Shown here piece by piece: positions 1 to 20,465 of a stretch of 64,000 nucleotides of DNA. This DNA is from Spirochaetia bacterium. Its GTDB lineage: Bacteria > Spirochaetota > Spirochaetia > CAKZLE01. Position 1 is the stretch's first letter. Every line of letters starts with the position of its first letter. The position numbers and the translations under genes were made by a program. Where the stretch lies: the NCBI GenBank assembly GCA_963677595.1, contig OY782041.1, forward strand, positions 2,432,001-2,496,000, written 5' to 3'. The notes under the pieces were generated by a model. That model was not told where the DNA came from. It made no database searches and saw nothing but the letters and a program-made list of their open reading frames with translations.

Positions 1-488
1 TCGCAGAGGAGAAGAAGGTCCTCGTCTTCGCGAAGGGTGAGAAGGCTGAAGAGGCGAGAGAGGCAGGGGCCGCATTCGTCGGTGATGTCGACCTCGTCGA
101 GAAGATCAGGGGCGGATGGCTCGAGTTCGATGTAGCCGTGGCTACGCCGGACATGATGAAGGACGTTGGACGACTCGGTCCCATCCTCGGTCGAAGGGGG
201 CTCATGCCGAACCCGAAGACCAGGACGGTAACCTTCGACATCAAGGCTGCCCTCGCAGAACTGAAGCAGGGACGTGTCGAGTTCAGGGCTGACAAGACGG
301 GTGTCGTGCACCTCGCGATCGGGAAGGTCTCCATGGAGTCCCCCCTGGTGGCTGAGAACGTCAAGCTTGTCATCAAGGAGATCTTGAGGAAGAAGCCCGC
401 CGATGTGAAGGGTGATTTCGTCAAGAGCGTTGCACTCTCTTCTACGATGGGGCCCGGGATCAAGCTTGATGCCAGGGCACTCCAGTAG
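1..488 (+). CDS. rplA: 50S ribosomal protein L1 (5' truncated by window)
   Basis: Frame open from base 3 ([12 protein letters not shown]...); motifs [15 protein letters not shown] and STMGPG. Confidence 0.97.
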   Translation, partial: AEEKKVLVFAKGEKAEEAREAGAAFVGDVDLVEKIRGGWLEFDVAVATPDMMKDVGRLGPILGRRGLMPNPKTRTVTFDIKAALAELKQGRVEFRADKTGVVHLAIGKVSMESPLVAENVKLVIKEILRKKPADVKGDFVKSVALSSTMGPGIKLDARALQ

Positions 489-504
489 GGTCAGGAGGTA
501 GAAG

Positions 505-1035
505 ATGGCAGAATATGAAGTGAAATTACAGCAGGGCAAGGTCGAGGCAGTCGCCGCGCTCAAGGACGAGTTCAAGGATATCAAGGATTTTATCTTCACT
601 GATTACCGGGGACTCACTGTTGAGCAGATCACTGCGCTGAGGAACGAACTGAGAAAACATAATGCGACCTATAAGGTCGTCAAGAACCGATTCGCGAAGA
701 TTGCGCTGAAGGACCTGGAACGCCCGGCAGCCGACGAGTACCTCGTCGGACCTACCGCGGTAGCCCTCCCGTCAGACGATTCCGGTGCTGTGGCCAAGGT
801 CCTCATCGAGTTCGCGAAGAACGCGCCGATGTCCATCAAGGGCGGGATCCTCGACAACAACGTGTTCGATGCATCACAGGTCGAGGCGTTCAGCAAGCTC
901 CCGACGAAGGACGAACTGATTGCATCCCTCATGGGTACCATGAAGGCACCGATCCAGAATGTCGTGTATGTGCTTAATGCCGTACCGACCAAACTCGTAC
1001 GAACTCTGCAGGCTGTTGCAGATTCAAAACAATAG
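505..1035 (+). CDS. rplJ: 50S ribosomal protein L10
   Basis: DYRGLTVEQITALR, VVKNR, LPTKDEL; SD AGGAGG; lies between rplA and rplL. Confidence 0.96.
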   Translation: MAEYEVKLQQGKVEAVAALKDEFKDIKDFIFTDYRGLTVEQITALRNELRKHNATYKVVKNRFAKIALKDLERPAADEYLVGPTAVALPSDDSGAVAKVLIEFAKNAPMSIKGGILDNNVFDASQVEAFSKLPTKDELIASLMGTMKAPIQNVVYVLNAVPTKLVRTLQAVADSKQ

Positions 1036-1104
1036 ACGACATTAGTCTTCACTCGTAGCATGCTACTGTCGTTTAGAAAATATTTATGATAAGGAGAAGA
1101 TAAT

Positions 1105-1488
1105 ATGGCTACCAAAGATGAAATTTTAGAAGCTATCGCTAACATGACCGTACTCGAGATCTCAGAACTCATTTCCGCAATGGAAGAGAAGTTCGGTGTC
1201 ACTGCAGCCGCACCTGTGGCTGTCGCTGCTGCCGGCGCAGCACCTGCTGCCGCTGCTGAAGAGGTCGAGGAACAGACCGAGTTCGACGTCATCCTCAAGG
1301 GTATCGCTGACGGCAAGAAGATCCCCGTGATCAAGGCTGTACGAGCTATCACCGGTCTTGGCCTCAAAGAGGCTAAAGAGGTCGTCGAGGCTGGCGATAA
1401 GGCAGTCAAGGAAGGCGTTTCCAAGGAAGAGGCTGAGTCGATCAAGGGTAAGCTTGAAGAGGCTGGCGCAACTGTTGAAGTTAAATAG
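1105..1488 (+). CDS. rplL: 50S ribosomal protein L7/L12
   Basis: [10 protein letters not shown], Ala-rich hinge, GLGLKEAK. Confidence 0.98.
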   Translation: MATKDEILEAIANMTVLEISELISAMEEKFGVTAAAPVAVAAAGAAPAAAAEEVEEQTEFDVILKGIADGKKIPVIKAVRAITGLGLKEAKEVVEAGDKAVKEGVSKEEAESIKGKLEEAGATVEVK

Positions 1489-1521
1489 TATTTCGATACG
1501 AATCATTCTTGAACGCGATGA

Positions 1522-1594
1522 GTCCAGCTCTGCGGCACCAGCCGCCTAGCTGGACGACAGCCACCGGACGGGTCAGATCGTTCCGGTGGCCTGT
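1522..1594 (+). terminator. Tandem GC-rich hairpins between rplL and rpoB (putative attenuator/stabiliser)
   Basis: GTCCAGCT..AGCTGGAC (1522-1555) and CCACCGGA..TCCGGTGG (about 1556-1594). Confidence 0.45.
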
Positions 1595-1760
1595 TGTGTC
1601 TTCGGATGGAGGCACATTGGTTTCTTTTTAAAACGGTTTGGAGTTCGTGTGGTCCTTAGACTGTGCGGACAGTATTTGCTAAGAGGGTAGGTTGATGAGC
1701 CCCGGGCATGTCCCGTGGGAGGTGAGCTGCTCTCCAGAAGAGATAATCCAGGGGGTAACG

Positions 1761-5255
<3,495 letters not shown>

Positions 5256-5272
5256 GCAGGAGATGACATCGA

Positions 5273-9505
<4,233 letters not shown>

Positions 9506-9635
9506 CACCCGGGTCACCCGGGTGGGAATCGGATTCCTCCATGCTGACTTCAGGTATTGATATACGTAAAGGCGCCCTGCACACAGGTTAGGGCAGTAGA
9601 GTTTAGAAACTGACAAAAGGGAGAGTATCTAAAAG

Positions 9636-10010
9636 ATGCCTACAATAAATCAGCTAGTAAGAAAGGGACGGAAGTCCCAGAAGAAGAAGACTGACTCACC
9701 GGCTCTGGACAGTTGTCCCCAGAAGCGGGGTGTCTGTACCCGTGTCATGACCGTGACACCTAAGAAGCCGAACTCAGCACTCAGGAAGGTTGCCAGGGTC
9801 AGGCTGTCAAACGGGATCGAGGTCACTGCCTACATCCCCGGTATCGGCCATAACCTCCAGGAGCACTCAGTCGTGCTGCTGAGGGGCGGGCGAGTGAAGG
9901 ACCTTCCCGGTGTACGGTACCATATCGTACGAGGAGCCAAGGATACCCTTGGTGTGAACGACCGGAGGAAGTCACGATCGAAATACGGTACCAAGAGACC
10001 GAAGGCATAA
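9636..10010 (+). CDS. rpsL: 30S ribosomal protein S12
   Basis: [28 protein letters not shown]. Confidence 0.99.
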   Translation: MPTINQLVRKGRKSQKKKTDSPALDSCPQKRGVCTRVMTVTPKKPNSALRKVARVRLSNGIEVTAYIPGIGHNLQEHSVVLLRGGRVKDLPGVRYHIVRGAKDTLGVNDRRKSRSKYGTKRPKA

Positions 10011-10493
<483 letters not shown>

Positions 10494-10508
10494 ATGCCTG
10501 CTGCAGGT

Positions 10509-10543
10509 AGAAATAGCCACCATATATGGTGGCTGTTTCTTTG
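10509..10543 (+). terminator. Intrinsic terminator after rpsG
   Basis: AGAAATAGCCACCAT-AT-ATGGTGGCTGTTTCT inverted repeat followed by T-rich sequence. Confidence 0.75.
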
Positions 10544-10589
10544 TTGGGATTATTTTTTGGTTTTTTCAGGTGTTTATTTTATCTTACTC

Positions 10590-10618
10590 TTGACTAAAAC
10601 TGGAATTAATCATATATT
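10590..10618 (+). promoter_or_regulatory. Sigma70-type promoter for tuf-S10 operon
   Basis: TTGACT-N17-TATATT with AT-rich upstream element. Confidence 0.7.
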
Positions 10619-10624
10619 CGTCAA

Positions 10625-10914
10625 GGCTAGCGCATCACGCCTGCGGTGTTTCCGTGCGTGTGTGTGAGCGGTTTGAACCAAACCCATCATCCGACGTTGC
10701 TCAGATGGTTAGGTGGTTCCAGACGTATGACAGTTATATGCTGTTCTATGTCAGTTTGGAGAGGCTTTCTACCATTCTGACCTCTGGATCCTTCTTAACG
10801 TACCTCTATGCAATCACGACATTAAGATGATGGATCTCGGTTATCGAATGGTATTAAGATAATACTTATATTATTTTATTAACTTAATTGTGATTTAGTC
10901 ACAAGGAGGAACGG
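10625..10914 (+). promoter_or_regulatory. Long structured 5' leader of tuf (candidate cis-regulatory RNA)
   Basis: About 290 nt between promoter and tuf ATG, containing four predicted hairpins. Confidence 0.4.
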
Positions 10915-12105
<1,191 letters not shown>

Positions 12106-12117
12106 ATGATGGTGATG

Positions 12118-12147
12118 AGTCTCGCTCCGCTTAACCGGAGCGAGACT
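12118..12147 (+). other. Perfect 12-bp stem-loop between tuf and rpsJ, no U tract (mRNA stabiliser/partial terminator)
   Basis: AGTCTCGCTCCG-CTTAAC-CGGAGCGAGACT. Confidence 0.5.
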
Positions 12148-12160
12148 TGCTGTTGGAGGA

Positions 12161-12472
12161 ATGATGACCAAAGATAGAATTCGAGTACGGTTGAGAGGTT
12201 TCGATGTGGATCTCGTTGAACAGAGTTCAAAAGCAATCGTTCAGACAGTCGTGAGGGCCGGGGCTAAAGTTTCAGGACCCGTGCCTCTTCCTACTCGTAT
12301 CAATAAATTCACGGTGCTCAGATCACCTCATGTCAACAAGAAGTCACGTGAGCAGTTTGAGATGCGAACACATAAGAGACTGATTGACATTCTAGATCCT
12401 ACATCCAAGGTTATGGATGCACTTATGAAGCTTGAGCTTCCTGCAGGTGTGGATGTAGAGATTAAACAGTAA
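12161..12472 (+). CDS. rpsJ: 30S ribosomal protein S10
   Basis: [30 protein letters not shown]. Confidence 0.99.
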   Translation: MMTKDRIRVRLRGFDVDLVEQSSKAIVQTVVRAGAKVSGPVPLPTRINKFTVLRSPHVNKKSREQFEMRTHKRLIDILDPTSKVMDALMKLELPAGVDVEIKQ

Positions 12473-12491
12473 TAAACAGTTGAGGTAAGAG

Positions 12492-13112
12492 ATGTTAGGG
12501 CTTATCGGCAAAAAAGTCGGAATGACACAAGTGTTTGATGATAGAGGGGTGCTCACCCCGGTTACGGTTATCAAGATTGATGACAATATTGTTGTATCTG
12601 AGAGAACCGAAGAGAAGAACGGTTACAGTGCTTGTGTTATCGGTGCTGTAGACGCGAAGAAGAATCGTGTTACAAAGCCGTATGCTGGACAATTCAAGGA
12701 TGTCTGTGACCCGAAGAAATGGCTGGTGGAGATGAAGGACTATGAAAGGGAAGTCTCTATCGGTGATGTCCTCGGTGTGGATATCTTTCAGGATATAGCA
12801 TTTGTAGATGTGGAAGGGACCTCGAAAGGTAAAGGGTTCCAGGGAGCTATGAAACGGCACAACTTCGCAGGTGGTCGTTCGACTCACGGTTCCAAGTTCC
12901 ACAGGGGCCTTGGTGGTACCAGTATGGCTGCTACCCCGTCACGTGTGTTCAAGGGTACGAAGATGCCTGGGCGTATGGGCGGAGAGAAGACCACGGTTCA
13001 GAATCTGCGAGTAGTGAAAGTTGATGCGGAGAAGAAGGTTCTCATGGTGAAAGGTGCGATCCCTGGTCCACGTCAAAGTGTTGTGATTGTCAAGAAATCA
13101 AAGAAGAAATAG
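12492..13112 (+). CDS. rplC: 50S ribosomal protein L3
   Basis: [18 protein letters not shown]. Confidence 0.99.
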   Translation: MLGLIGKKVGMTQVFDDRGVLTPVTVIKIDDNIVVSERTEEKNGYSACVIGAVDAKKNRVTKPYAGQFKDVCDPKKWLVEMKDYEREVSIGDVLGVDIFQDIAFVDVEGTSKGKGFQGAMKRHNFAGGRSTHGSKFHRGLGGTSMAATPSRVFKGTKMPGRMGGEKTTVQNLRVVKVDAEKKVLMVKGAIPGPRQSVVIVKKSKKK

Positions 13113-13121
13113 AGGCGAGAC

Positions 13122-13751
13122 ATGAAAGCGAAAGTCTTTTCGATACAAGGTGAAGAGGTTAAAGATATCACGCTTGCTGATTCAGTATTTGCTGCAGAAG
13201 TGAGTGATGGTTCGATCTACTACGCCGTGAATAACGAATTAGCTAACCGCCGGGTCGGGACCGCCTGTACTAAGACACGGGGCGAGGTGAACTACAGTAA
13301 CGCCAAGCCTTGGAGACAGAAAGGGACTGGTAACGCACGATCCGGGGACAAGAAATCCCCAGTATGGGTCGGCGGTGGTACCGTCTTTGGACCCAAACCG
13401 CGAGATTACAGCTATAAGCTTCCGAAGAAGATGAAGCGGCTTGCTATGCGATCCCTGCTTTCGATGAAAGTGAAAGAGGAGAGCCTGAAGGTCGTCGAGG
13501 ATTTTTCCATCGAAAGCGGCAAGACGAAGGATCTTGTGAGTATTCTCAAGAACCTCGTAGACGGGGAGCGGACCCTGATCATCCTCAAGGATGATGACGC
13601 GATGCTCAGACGAGCCGGGAAGAACATTCCCTGGGTCAGGATCAATTCTTATAACAGGCTCTCAGCCAAGGAACTGCTGTACGGCAAGAACGTCCTGGTG
13701 CTTGAGACCGCTGCCGGGAATCTGAACGATTTCTACGGAAAAGAAGAGTAA
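13122..13751 (+). CDS. rplD: 50S ribosomal protein L4
   Basis: [25 protein letters not shown]. Confidence 0.98.
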   Translation: MKAKVFSIQGEEVKDITLADSVFAAEVSDGSIYYAVNNELANRRVGTACTKTRGEVNYSNAKPWRQKGTGNARSGDKKSPVWVGGGTVFGPKPRDYSYKLPKKMKRLAMRSLLSMKVKEESLKVVEDFSIESGKTKDLVSILKNLVDGERTLIILKDDDAMLRRAGKNIPWVRINSYNRLSAKELLYGKNVLVLETAAGNLNDFYGKEE

Positions 13752-13761
13752 GGGGACGATC

Positions 13762-14064
13762 GTGAGAGCAGATCAGATCATTTTAGAACCTGTTTTAACA
13801 GAGAAGTCCAACGAGGCGCGAGAGGGCGAGGCCAAGAAGTATACCTTCAGGGTCGACCCCCGGGCAAACAAGATTCAGGTGATGAGGGCCGTGGAGGAGT
13901 TGTTCTCCGTCAAGGCGCTCGCTTGCAATATCGTACGAGTGAAAGGGAAGCCTAAGTTCACAAGAACTAAGTCGGGCGTTCGTGCAGGGTCTACGACACC
14001 CTGGAAGAAAGCGATCGTCACTGTTGCTAAAGGCGATTCTATCAGCGCTATAGAAGGCGTGTAA
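13762..14064 (+). CDS. rplW: 50S ribosomal protein L23
   Basis: PVLTEKS, WKKAIVT; GTG start; S10 operon position. Confidence 0.96.
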   Translation: MRADQIILEPVLTEKSNEAREGEAKKYTFRVDPRANKIQVMRAVEELFSVKALACNIVRVKGKPKFTRTKSGVRAGSTTPWKKAIVTVAKGDSISAIEGV

Positions 14065-14076
14065 GAGAGGGGTATT

Positions 14077-14901
14077 ATGGGTATCAAGAAGTATAATCCG
14101 AGAACCCCGAGTCTTCGATATACAACCACTTTGACCTTTGAAGAGGTTACTGCTTCTACGAGTGAGAAATCGCTGACAAAAGGTATCAGTAAGAACGCCG
14201 GGCGTGGTGCCGGTGGTCGAATCAGTGTAAGAAGACGCGGCGGCGGACATAAGAGAAAATATCGAGAGATCGATTTCAAGAGAAACAAATATGACATCCC
14301 TGGCGTGATCGCCAGTGTCGAGTACGATCCTAACCGATCGTCTAACATCGCCCTGGTCAACTATGCTGACGGGGAGAAGCGATATATCCTGGCACCGAAA
14401 GGTCTCCAGGTGGGTATGAAGGTAGTCAGTGGTGAGAATGCTCCCCTGGAGATCGGTAATGCGATCCCCCTGAAGAACATTCCGCTCGGTATGTCGGTTC
14501 ACAATGTTGAGCTTCAGAAAGGAAAGGGTGGCCAGCTGGTACGTTCAGCCGGGACTGTTGCAACGCTCGTCGCCAAGGATGGCGACTATGCGACCCTCAA
14601 GCTCCCGTCAGGTGAGATGAGGATGGTATTCGGCGAATGCTTCGCCACACTGGGAAGCATCGGGAACGAAGACCATATGAACGTCAGTCTCGGTAAGGCC
14701 GGTAGGTCACGATGGCTTGGAAAGCGGCCTAAGGTCCGAGGTGTTGTCATGAACCCTGTCGATCACCCGCATGGTGGTGGTGAGGGTAAGACTTCCGGTG
14801 GACGTCATCCGGTTTCTCCATGGGGTATGCCTACCAAGGGATACAAGACGAGAAAGAAGAGAAAACCTTCTAGCAAGTTTATCGTGAAGAAGCGGAAGTA
14901 G
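14077..14901 (+). CDS. rplB: 50S ribosomal protein L2
   Basis: [20 protein letters not shown]. Confidence 0.99.
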   Translation: MGIKKYNPRTPSLRYTTTLTFEEVTASTSEKSLTKGISKNAGRGAGGRISVRRRGGGHKRKYREIDFKRNKYDIPGVIASVEYDPNRSSNIALVNYADGEKRYILAPKGLQVGMKVVSGENAPLEIGNAIPLKNIPLGMSVHNVELQKGKGGQLVRSAGTVATLVAKDGDYATLKLPSGEMRMVFGECFATLGSIGNEDHMNVSLGKAGRSRWLGKRPKVRGVVMNPVDHPHGGGEGKTSGGRHPVSPWGMPTKGYKTRKKRKPSSKFIVKKRK

Positions 14902-14910
14902 GAGTAGAAA

Positions 14911-15192
14911 GTGGCTAGGTCAATTAAAAAGGGACCTTTTGTAGAGAAGAAGCTCTACAAGAGAGTTCTTGAAGCAAACAAAGCGGGACAGAAACCTATG
15001 GTTAAGACATATTCCCGTACCTCGACTATCATTCCTGAGATGGTGGGTTTCACCGTCTCTGTCTACAACGGAAAGACCTGGGTCCCTGTCTATGTGACAG
15101 AGAACCTCGTCGGTCATAAGCTTGGTGAGTTCTCACCCACCAGATTCTATCGTGGACATGCCGGGTCTGATAAGAAATCGAAGAAGAGATAG
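14911..15192 (+). CDS. rpsS: 30S ribosomal protein S19
   Basis: [20 protein letters not shown]. Confidence 0.98.
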   Translation: MARSIKKGPFVEKKLYKRVLEANKAGQKPMVKTYSRTSTIIPEMVGFTVSVYNGKTWVPVYVTENLVGHKLGEFSPTRFYRGHAGSDKKSKKR

Positions 15193-15200
15193 GTATCGTG

Positions 15201-15563
15201 ATGGAAGCAAAGAAAGGTTATAAAGCAATCGCTAAGTATGTGATGGTTTCTCCTACCAAGGTGCGCCCCATCGCGAATGTTGTACGGAGGAAGCCGTATA
15301 CCGAAGCTGTGGCTATTCTTGAGGCTATGCCCCAGAAGGGTGCCGGCCTGATCAAGAAGGTCGTGCAGTCCGCTGCAGCCAATGCTCTTTCTCAGAACAA
15401 GCAGCTCGACGAGGAGATGCTGTACATCAAGGAGATCTGTATTGATGAAGGCCCGCGTCTGAAGCGTGTATGGCCGAGATCTCACGGACGAAGGGACATT
15501 CTTCTGAAGCGGGAGAGTCATATTTCTGTCGTTCTAGACGAAAAAGCGAGCATGGGGGATTAA
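15201..15563 (+). CDS. rplV: 50S ribosomal protein L22
   Basis: SPTKVR, SAAANA, DEGPRLKR. Confidence 0.97.
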   Translation: MEAKKGYKAIAKYVMVSPTKVRPIANVVRRKPYTEAVAILEAMPQKGAGLIKKVVQSAAANALSQNKQLDEEMLYIKEICIDEGPRLKRVWPRSHGRRDILLKRESHISVVLDEKASMGD

Positions 15564-16271
15564 ATGGGCCAGAAAGTAAATCCAGTGGGACTCCGTTTAG
15601 GAGTCAACAAGACATGGACATCGAAGTGGTATGTTGATCCGAAGGACTATGCGGATACCCTGCATGAGGACCTGAAGATCAGGAAGTCTATCGAGACCTG
15701 CCCCGAGACCAACGGTGCCGAGATCTCGGATGTCGAGATCATCCGGAAACCCCAGAGGATCACGGTCGTGATCAAGACATCGAAGCCCGGACTCATCATC
15801 GGATCCAAGGGTTCCAATGTCGAGAAGCTCGGACAGAGACTCCAGACCCTCGCTGACAAGAAGGTCCAGATCAAGATCAAGGAAGTGAAGAGGCCTGAGG
15901 CCGACGCACAGCTCATCGCCCTGAACGTCGCACGACAGCTCAAGATGAGGGGTTCTTTCAGGAGGGCCCTGAAGATGGCTGTGAGCAGCGCCATGAAGGC
16001 TGGTGTCCAGGGTGTGAAGATCAAGGTCTCCGGGCGGCTTGGCGGTGCTGAGATGGCACGTACCGAGTGGCACAAGGATGGGAGGATCCCTCTCCATACA
16101 TTGAGGTCAGATATCGATTACGGGTTCGCTGAGGCAAACACCACCTTCGGTATCATCGGAGTGAAGGTGTGGGTCTTCAATGGTGAGATCTATGACAAAG
16201 CTCAGAAAGAGGATGCGGGACTCCTGGTGAAGAAGACTGCCAGGGATCGTAAGCCTGCAGCAAGGAGATAG
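15564..16271 (+). CDS. rpsC: 30S ribosomal protein S3
   Basis: MGQKVNPVGLRLG, GRIPLHTLRSDIDYG. Confidence 0.99.
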   Translation: MGQKVNPVGLRLGVNKTWTSKWYVDPKDYADTLHEDLKIRKSIETCPETNGAEISDVEIIRKPQRITVVIKTSKPGLIIGSKGSNVEKLGQRLQTLADKKVQIKIKEVKRPEADAQLIALNVARQLKMRGSFRRALKMAVSSAMKAGVQGVKIKVSGRLGGAEMARTEWHKDGRIPLHTLRSDIDYGFAEANTTFGIIGVKVWVFNGEIYDKAQKEDAGLLVKKTARDRKPAARR

Positions 16272-16277
16272 TGAGTC

Positions 16278-16694
16278 ATGCTTAGTCCAAAGAGAATTAA
16301 GTATAGAAAGAAGATGAGAGGTACGCTCGACGGTGTCGCACACCGGGGGAATACCGTAGCCTTCGGTGATTTCGGCCTGATGGCCCTTGAACCGAGATGG
16401 ATCACGAACCGACAGATCGAGGCTGCCCGAGTCGCCATGACGCGTCATATCAAGCGAGGCGGTAAGGTCTGGATCAGGATCTTCCCCGATATGCCCTACA
16501 CCAAGAAACCTGCTGAGACACGACAGGGTAAAGGTAAGGGTAACCCGGAAGGTTGGGTAGCGGTTGTGAAGAAAGGCGCTGTCATGTTCGAGATGGCAGG
16601 TGTTTCTGAGGAACTCGCCAAAGAGGCTATGGCGCTTGCCGCAAGTAAACTGCCTATCCAGACGAAGTTCGTAGTACGAAGAGATGCGGAGTAG
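16278..16694 (+). CDS. rplP: 50S ribosomal protein L16
   Basis: [19 protein letters not shown]. Confidence 0.99.
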   Translation: MLSPKRIKYRKKMRGTLDGVAHRGNTVAFGDFGLMALEPRWITNRQIEAARVAMTRHIKRGGKVWIRIFPDMPYTKKPAETRQGKGKGNPEGWVAVVKKGAVMFEMAGVSEELAKEAMALAASKLPIQTKFVVRRDAE

Positions 16695-16698
16695 TCAT

Positions 16699-16905
16699 AT
16701 GAAGAAAACTATGAATGACCTGACGTATGCAGAGTTGGTAAACAAGAAGGAAGATCTCCATAAGGAGTATCTCAAGCTGCGAATGGATAAGGTACTTGGG
16801 CACCTGGAGAACCCCCTCAGACTGAGGACTGTTCGACGGGACATCGCCCGGGTGAATACCATCATCCATGAATATGCTCTAGGCATACGCAAGAATACGA
16901 AGTAG
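16699..16905 (+). CDS. rpmC: 50S ribosomal protein L29
   Basis: [19 protein letters not shown]; ATG 16699. Confidence 0.95.
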   Translation: MKKTMNDLTYAELVNKKEDLHKEYLKLRMDKVLGHLENPLRLRTVRRDIARVNTIIHEYALGIRKNTK

Positions 16906-16919
16906 AGGGGCCTTGTTCT

Positions 16920-17171
16920 ATGAAAGCTAATAAGAAGACATTTACCGGACAGGTTGTCAGTGATGCGATGGACAAGACCATCGTGGTAGCGATCACAACC
17001 AGAAGCCTCCACCCTCTTTACAAGAAATATGTGAAGCAGACAAAGAAAGTGAAAGCGCATGATGAGAGGAACGAGGCCCGGGTCGGTGATACCGTACGGG
17101 TTGTGGAGTGCCGACCTCTCAGTAAAGACAAGAGCTGGAGATTGAACCAGATTGTCGAGCGTGCCAAATAG
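16920..17171 (+). CDS. rpsQ: 30S ribosomal protein S17
   Basis: [21 protein letters not shown]. Confidence 0.98.
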   Translation: MKANKKTFTGQVVSDAMDKTIVVAITTRSLHPLYKKYVKQTKKVKAHDERNEARVGDTVRVVECRPLSKDKSWRLNQIVERAK

Positions 17172-17189
17172 TCGTAAAGGAGTTGCGTT

Positions 17190-17558
17190 ATGGTTCAGAT
17201 GCAGACGTATTTAAACGTTGCCGACAACAGTGGTGCAAAACGCGTACAGTGTATCAAGGTGCTTGGCGGAAGTAAGAGAATGAATGCAAGTATCGGCGAT
17301 ATCATTGTTGTTGCAGTCAAGGACGCTCTTCCCAACGGCCAGATCAAGAAGGGTGACGTGCATAAAGCGGTAATCGTCCGTGTGAAGAAAGAATACCGAA
17401 GACCTGACGGTACCTATATCAGGTTTGATGATAACGCGTGTGTTATCATCGATGCCAACAATAACCCGCGTGGTAAGCGTATCTTCGGACCGGTCGCTCG
17501 AGAGCTTCGAGAGGGTGGTTTCATGAAGATCGTCTCACTTGCGCCGGAAGTGTTGTAG
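17190..17558 (+). CDS. rplN: 50S ribosomal protein L14
   Basis: [17 protein letters not shown]. Confidence 0.99.
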   Translation: MVQMQTYLNVADNSGAKRVQCIKVLGGSKRMNASIGDIIVVAVKDALPNGQIKKGDVHKAVIVRVKKEYRRPDGTYIRFDDNACVIIDANNNPRGKRIFGPVARELREGGFMKIVSLAPEVL

Positions 17559-17565
17559 GGAGTGA

Positions 17566-17880
17566 ATGATGGGAGTATCAAGAATCAAGAAGAATGACAC
17601 CGTCAAAGTCCTTGCCGGAAAAGACAAGGGCAAGACCGGGAAGGTCCTCAAGGTTGATGCAGACAACGGTCGGGTCATCATCCAGGGTGTCAACATGGTC
17701 AAGAAAGCCATGAAGAAGAGAAGTCAGCAGGATAAGGGTGGAATCATTGAGGTCGAAGCGCCTTTGGACATTTCAAATGTCGCACTCGTGACAAAAGATG
17801 GTTCAACTTCAAGGATTGGCTACAAGTTCGTAGATGGCAAGAAAGTTCGTTTTGCTAAGAAGACCGGGGAAGTGCTCTAA
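17566..17880 (+). CDS. rplX: 50S ribosomal protein L24
   Basis: KOW motif [19 protein letters not shown]. Confidence 0.97.
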   Translation: MMGVSRIKKNDTVKVLAGKDKGKTGKVLKVDADNGRVIIQGVNMVKKAMKKRSQQDKGGIIEVEAPLDISNVALVTKDGSTSRIGYKFVDGKKVRFAKKTGEVL

Positions 17881-18431
17881 TGGATAAGTATATACCAAGA
17901 ATCAGGAAACAGTATAAAGAGAGTGTTGCTCCAGAGCTGCTGAAGGAATTCAGCTACTCGTCCGTCATGCAGATCCCCACGATCGAGAAGATCTCGCTGA
18001 GCGTGGGTGTGGGTGATGCAGCTGACAACAAGAAGTTTCTCGAGTCAGCCGTCAAGGAGCTCGAGCAGATCACCGGTCAGCATGCAGTGAAGACGAAAGC
18101 TCGAAAATCGATCGCGAACTTCAAACTTCGCCAGGGACAGGAGATCGGGACCATGGTGACCCTCCGGGGCAACCAGATGTGGGAATTCTTCGATCGACTG
18201 GTGAATGTCTCCCTGCCTCGTGTAAAGGACTTCAAGGGCATCAGCCCTAATGCTTTCGACGGTCATGGAAACTATTCTCTCGGGGTGAAGGAACAGATCA
18301 TCTTCCCCGAGATCGATTATGATCACATAGAGCGGATTAGCGGTCTCAACATTGCGATTGTGACAACAGCTAAATCAGACGAAGAAGGCTTATCTCTGCT
18401 GAAGAAGCTCGGCATGCCGTTCAGTAAATAG
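17880..18431 (+). CDS. rplE: 50S ribosomal protein L5
   Basis: [28 protein letters not shown]. Confidence 0.98.
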   Translation: MDKYIPRIRKQYKESVAPELLKEFSYSSVMQIPTIEKISLSVGVGDAADNKKFLESAVKELEQITGQHAVKTKARKSIANFKLRQGQEIGTMVTLRGNQMWEFFDRLVNVSLPRVKDFKGISPNAFDGHGNYSLGVKEQIIFPEIDYDHIERISGLNIAIVTTAKSDEEGLSLLKKLGMPFSK

Positions 18432-18445
18432 TTGGGAGTAGATCA

Positions 18446-18631
18446 ATGGCTAAGAAATCAATGATTGTGAAGGCCCAGAGGGAGCCGAAATTCAGCACAC
18501 GAAAGGTTAATCGTTGTCGGGTTTGCGGGCGTCCTCGGGGATATATGAGAAAGTTTCAGATGTGCAGGGTCTGCTTTCGAAAGCTTGCCAGCGAAGGTAA
18601 GATTCCTGGCGTGACAAAATCCAGCTGGTAG
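18446..18631 (+). CDS. rpsN: 30S ribosomal protein S14 (short, zinc-binding type Z)
   Basis: 61 aa, CRVCGR...CRVC. Confidence 0.97.
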   Translation: MAKKSMIVKAQREPKFSTRKVNRCRVCGRPRGYMRKFQMCRVCFRKLASEGKIPGVTKSSW

Positions 18632-18640
18632 GAGAGTGAG

Positions 18641-19039
18641 ATGGCTATAAGTGATCCTGTTGCGGATATGTTAACCAAGATCCGAAACGCTAATCTAGCA
18701 AAACATGAGAAAGTAGATGTAACGACATCAAAACTGAAGTTGCAGATTGTTAAGATCCTCAAGAACGAGGGATATATCAAGAATTTCAAGAAGGTCACCA
18801 AGGAGAATGTGAATTTCATCCGGATCTTCCTGAAATATGATGACAATCAGAACCCGATCATCCATGGTCTGGAGAGGATCTCCACCCCCGGTAGGCGAGT
18901 CTACTCGGGCTACAAAGAGATCCCCAGGGTATTCAATGGTCATGGTGTTGTGGTAGTCTCGACTTCTAGTGGTGTGATTACTGGAAAGAAAGCGACTGAT
19001 CAGAAGGTCGGCGGCGAGCTGATCTGTTCAGTCTGGTAA
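18641..19039 (+). CDS. rpsH: 30S ribosomal protein S8
   Basis: [26 protein letters not shown]. Confidence 0.98.
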   Translation: MAISDPVADMLTKIRNANLAKHEKVDVTTSKLKLQIVKILKNEGYIKNFKKVTKENVNFIRIFLKYDDNQNPIIHGLERISTPGRRVYSGYKEIPRVFNGHGVVVVSTSSGVITGKKATDQKVGGELICSVW

Positions 19040-19050
19040 GGTGGTGAACT

Positions 19051-19590
19051 ATGTCTCGAATTGGTAAATTGCCCATAACAATACCTTCAGGGGTCAAGGT
19101 CGCTGTTGATGCAGCACTGATCACTGTGGAAGGACCGAAAGGGAAACTGGTTCAGGAATATCAGCCGAGCGTGACGATCGAGGTCGAGGGCGACCAGGTC
19201 GTCGTGACACGCAAGGATGATTCAAAGAGCTCCAGGAGCTATCATGGACTCTACAGGCAGCTGATCCAGAATATGGTGATAGGTGTCTCAGCCGGTTTCA
19301 CCCGTGCGCTGCTCATCAACGGTGTTGGGTACAGGGCAGAGGTGAAGGGAAACATCCTGTACCTCAACCTCGGCTACTCGAACCAGATCGAGTATGTGAT
19401 CAATGAAGATGTCACGATCGCCTGCGAGGGCCAGAACAAGGTCATCGTCACAGGCATCGATAAGCAGAAAGTCGGTCAGGCATGTGCTGAGATCCGTTCC
19501 CTGAGACCGCCGGAGCCGTACAAGGGCAAGGGTGTCAAGTACGAGGAAGAGGTCATCAGGCGAAAGATCGGTAAGTCCGGTGTTAAGTAG
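19051..19590 (+). CDS. rplF: 50S ribosomal protein L6
   Basis: MSRIGKLPI, RPPEPYKGKG. Confidence 0.99.
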   Translation: MSRIGKLPITIPSGVKVAVDAALITVEGPKGKLVQEYQPSVTIEVEGDQVVVTRKDDSKSSRSYHGLYRQLIQNMVIGVSAGFTRALLINGVGYRAEVKGNILYLNLGYSNQIEYVINEDVTIACEGQNKVIVTGIDKQKVGQACAEIRSLRPPEPYKGKGVKYEEEVIRRKIGKSGVK

Positions 19591-19599
19591 GGTAGTACA

Positions 19600-19959
19600 A
19601 TGAAACGAGTTGATGATAAAAGAAACAAGAAGCTTAAGAGAAAGATCCACATCAGAAAGAGGATCTTCGGTACCCCGGAACGACCGAGGCTGACTGTATA
19701 CAGGTCAAACAAGCATGTCTACGTACAGGCGATCGATGATACCCAGGGTGTCACCCTCGCTTCGGCAAGCAACATGGAGGCTGAGTTCAAGGCCCTCAAG
19801 AACAATGTTGCAGATGCGCTGAAGATCGGTGAGGCAATCGGGCAGAGATTGGTCGACAAGAAGATCGAGACAGTCGTGTTCGATAGGAACGGATATCTCT
19901 ATCATGGTATCGTCAAGAGCATTGCTGACGGCGCTCGAAAATCCGGATTGAAGTTCTAG
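19600..19959 (+). CDS. rplR: 50S ribosomal protein L18
   Basis: RPRLTVYRSNKH, FDRNGYLYHG. Confidence 0.98.
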   Translation: MKRVDDKRNKKLKRKIHIRKRIFGTPERPRLTVYRSNKHVYVQAIDDTQGVTLASASNMEAEFKALKNNVADALKIGEAIGQRLVDKKIETVVFDRNGYLYHGIVKSIADGARKSGLKF

Positions 19960-19965
19960 GGGGAT

Positions 19966-20463
19966 ATGGTGGAAAAATCCAAAGATCAAGAATATGTTGA
20001 AAAACTGATTAAGCTCAATCGAGTTGCCAAGGTCGTCAAGGGTGGTCGAAGGTTCTCCTTCTCAGCCCTGGTGGTCGTAGGTGACCAGAACGGCCGTGTC
20101 GGATATGGATTTGGTAAGGCAAATGACGTCACCGAGGCTATTCGAAAGAGTGTTGAGAAAGCAAAGAATAGTATGATCGAGGTCCCGCTCAAGAGGACCA
20201 CGATCCCTCATGAGATCCAGGGCGAGTTCAAGAGTGCGAAAGTGCTGCTCAGGCCTGCCGCTCCCGGTACGGGAGTCATCGCGGGAGGTCCTGTCCGTGC
20301 CGTGATGGATGCGTGCGGTGTGCATGACATCCTCGCCAAGTCACTCGGCTCGAAGAATACCATCAACATCGTCAAGGCAGTGTTCGATGGTCTCGAGAAC
20401 CTGTTCGATGCTCGCGAGGTCGCTAAGAATCGAGGCAAGTCGCTCAGCGAGATGTGGGGTTAA
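19966..20463 (+). CDS. rpsE: 30S ribosomal protein S5
   Basis: [23 protein letters not shown]. Confidence 0.99.
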   Translation: MVEKSKDQEYVEKLIKLNRVAKVVKGGRRFSFSALVVVGDQNGRVGYGFGKANDVTEAIRKSVEKAKNSMIEVPLKRTTIPHEIQGEFKSAKVLLRPAAPGTGVIAGGPVRAVMDACGVHDILAKSLGSKNTINIVKAVFDGLENLFDAREVAKNRGKSLSEMWG

Positions 20464-20465
20464 GT

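Noticed and set aside
9507-9525. CACCCGGGTCACCCGGGTG palindrome after rpoC
   Set aside because: A single short hairpin without U tract or other copies seen; function cannot be supported.
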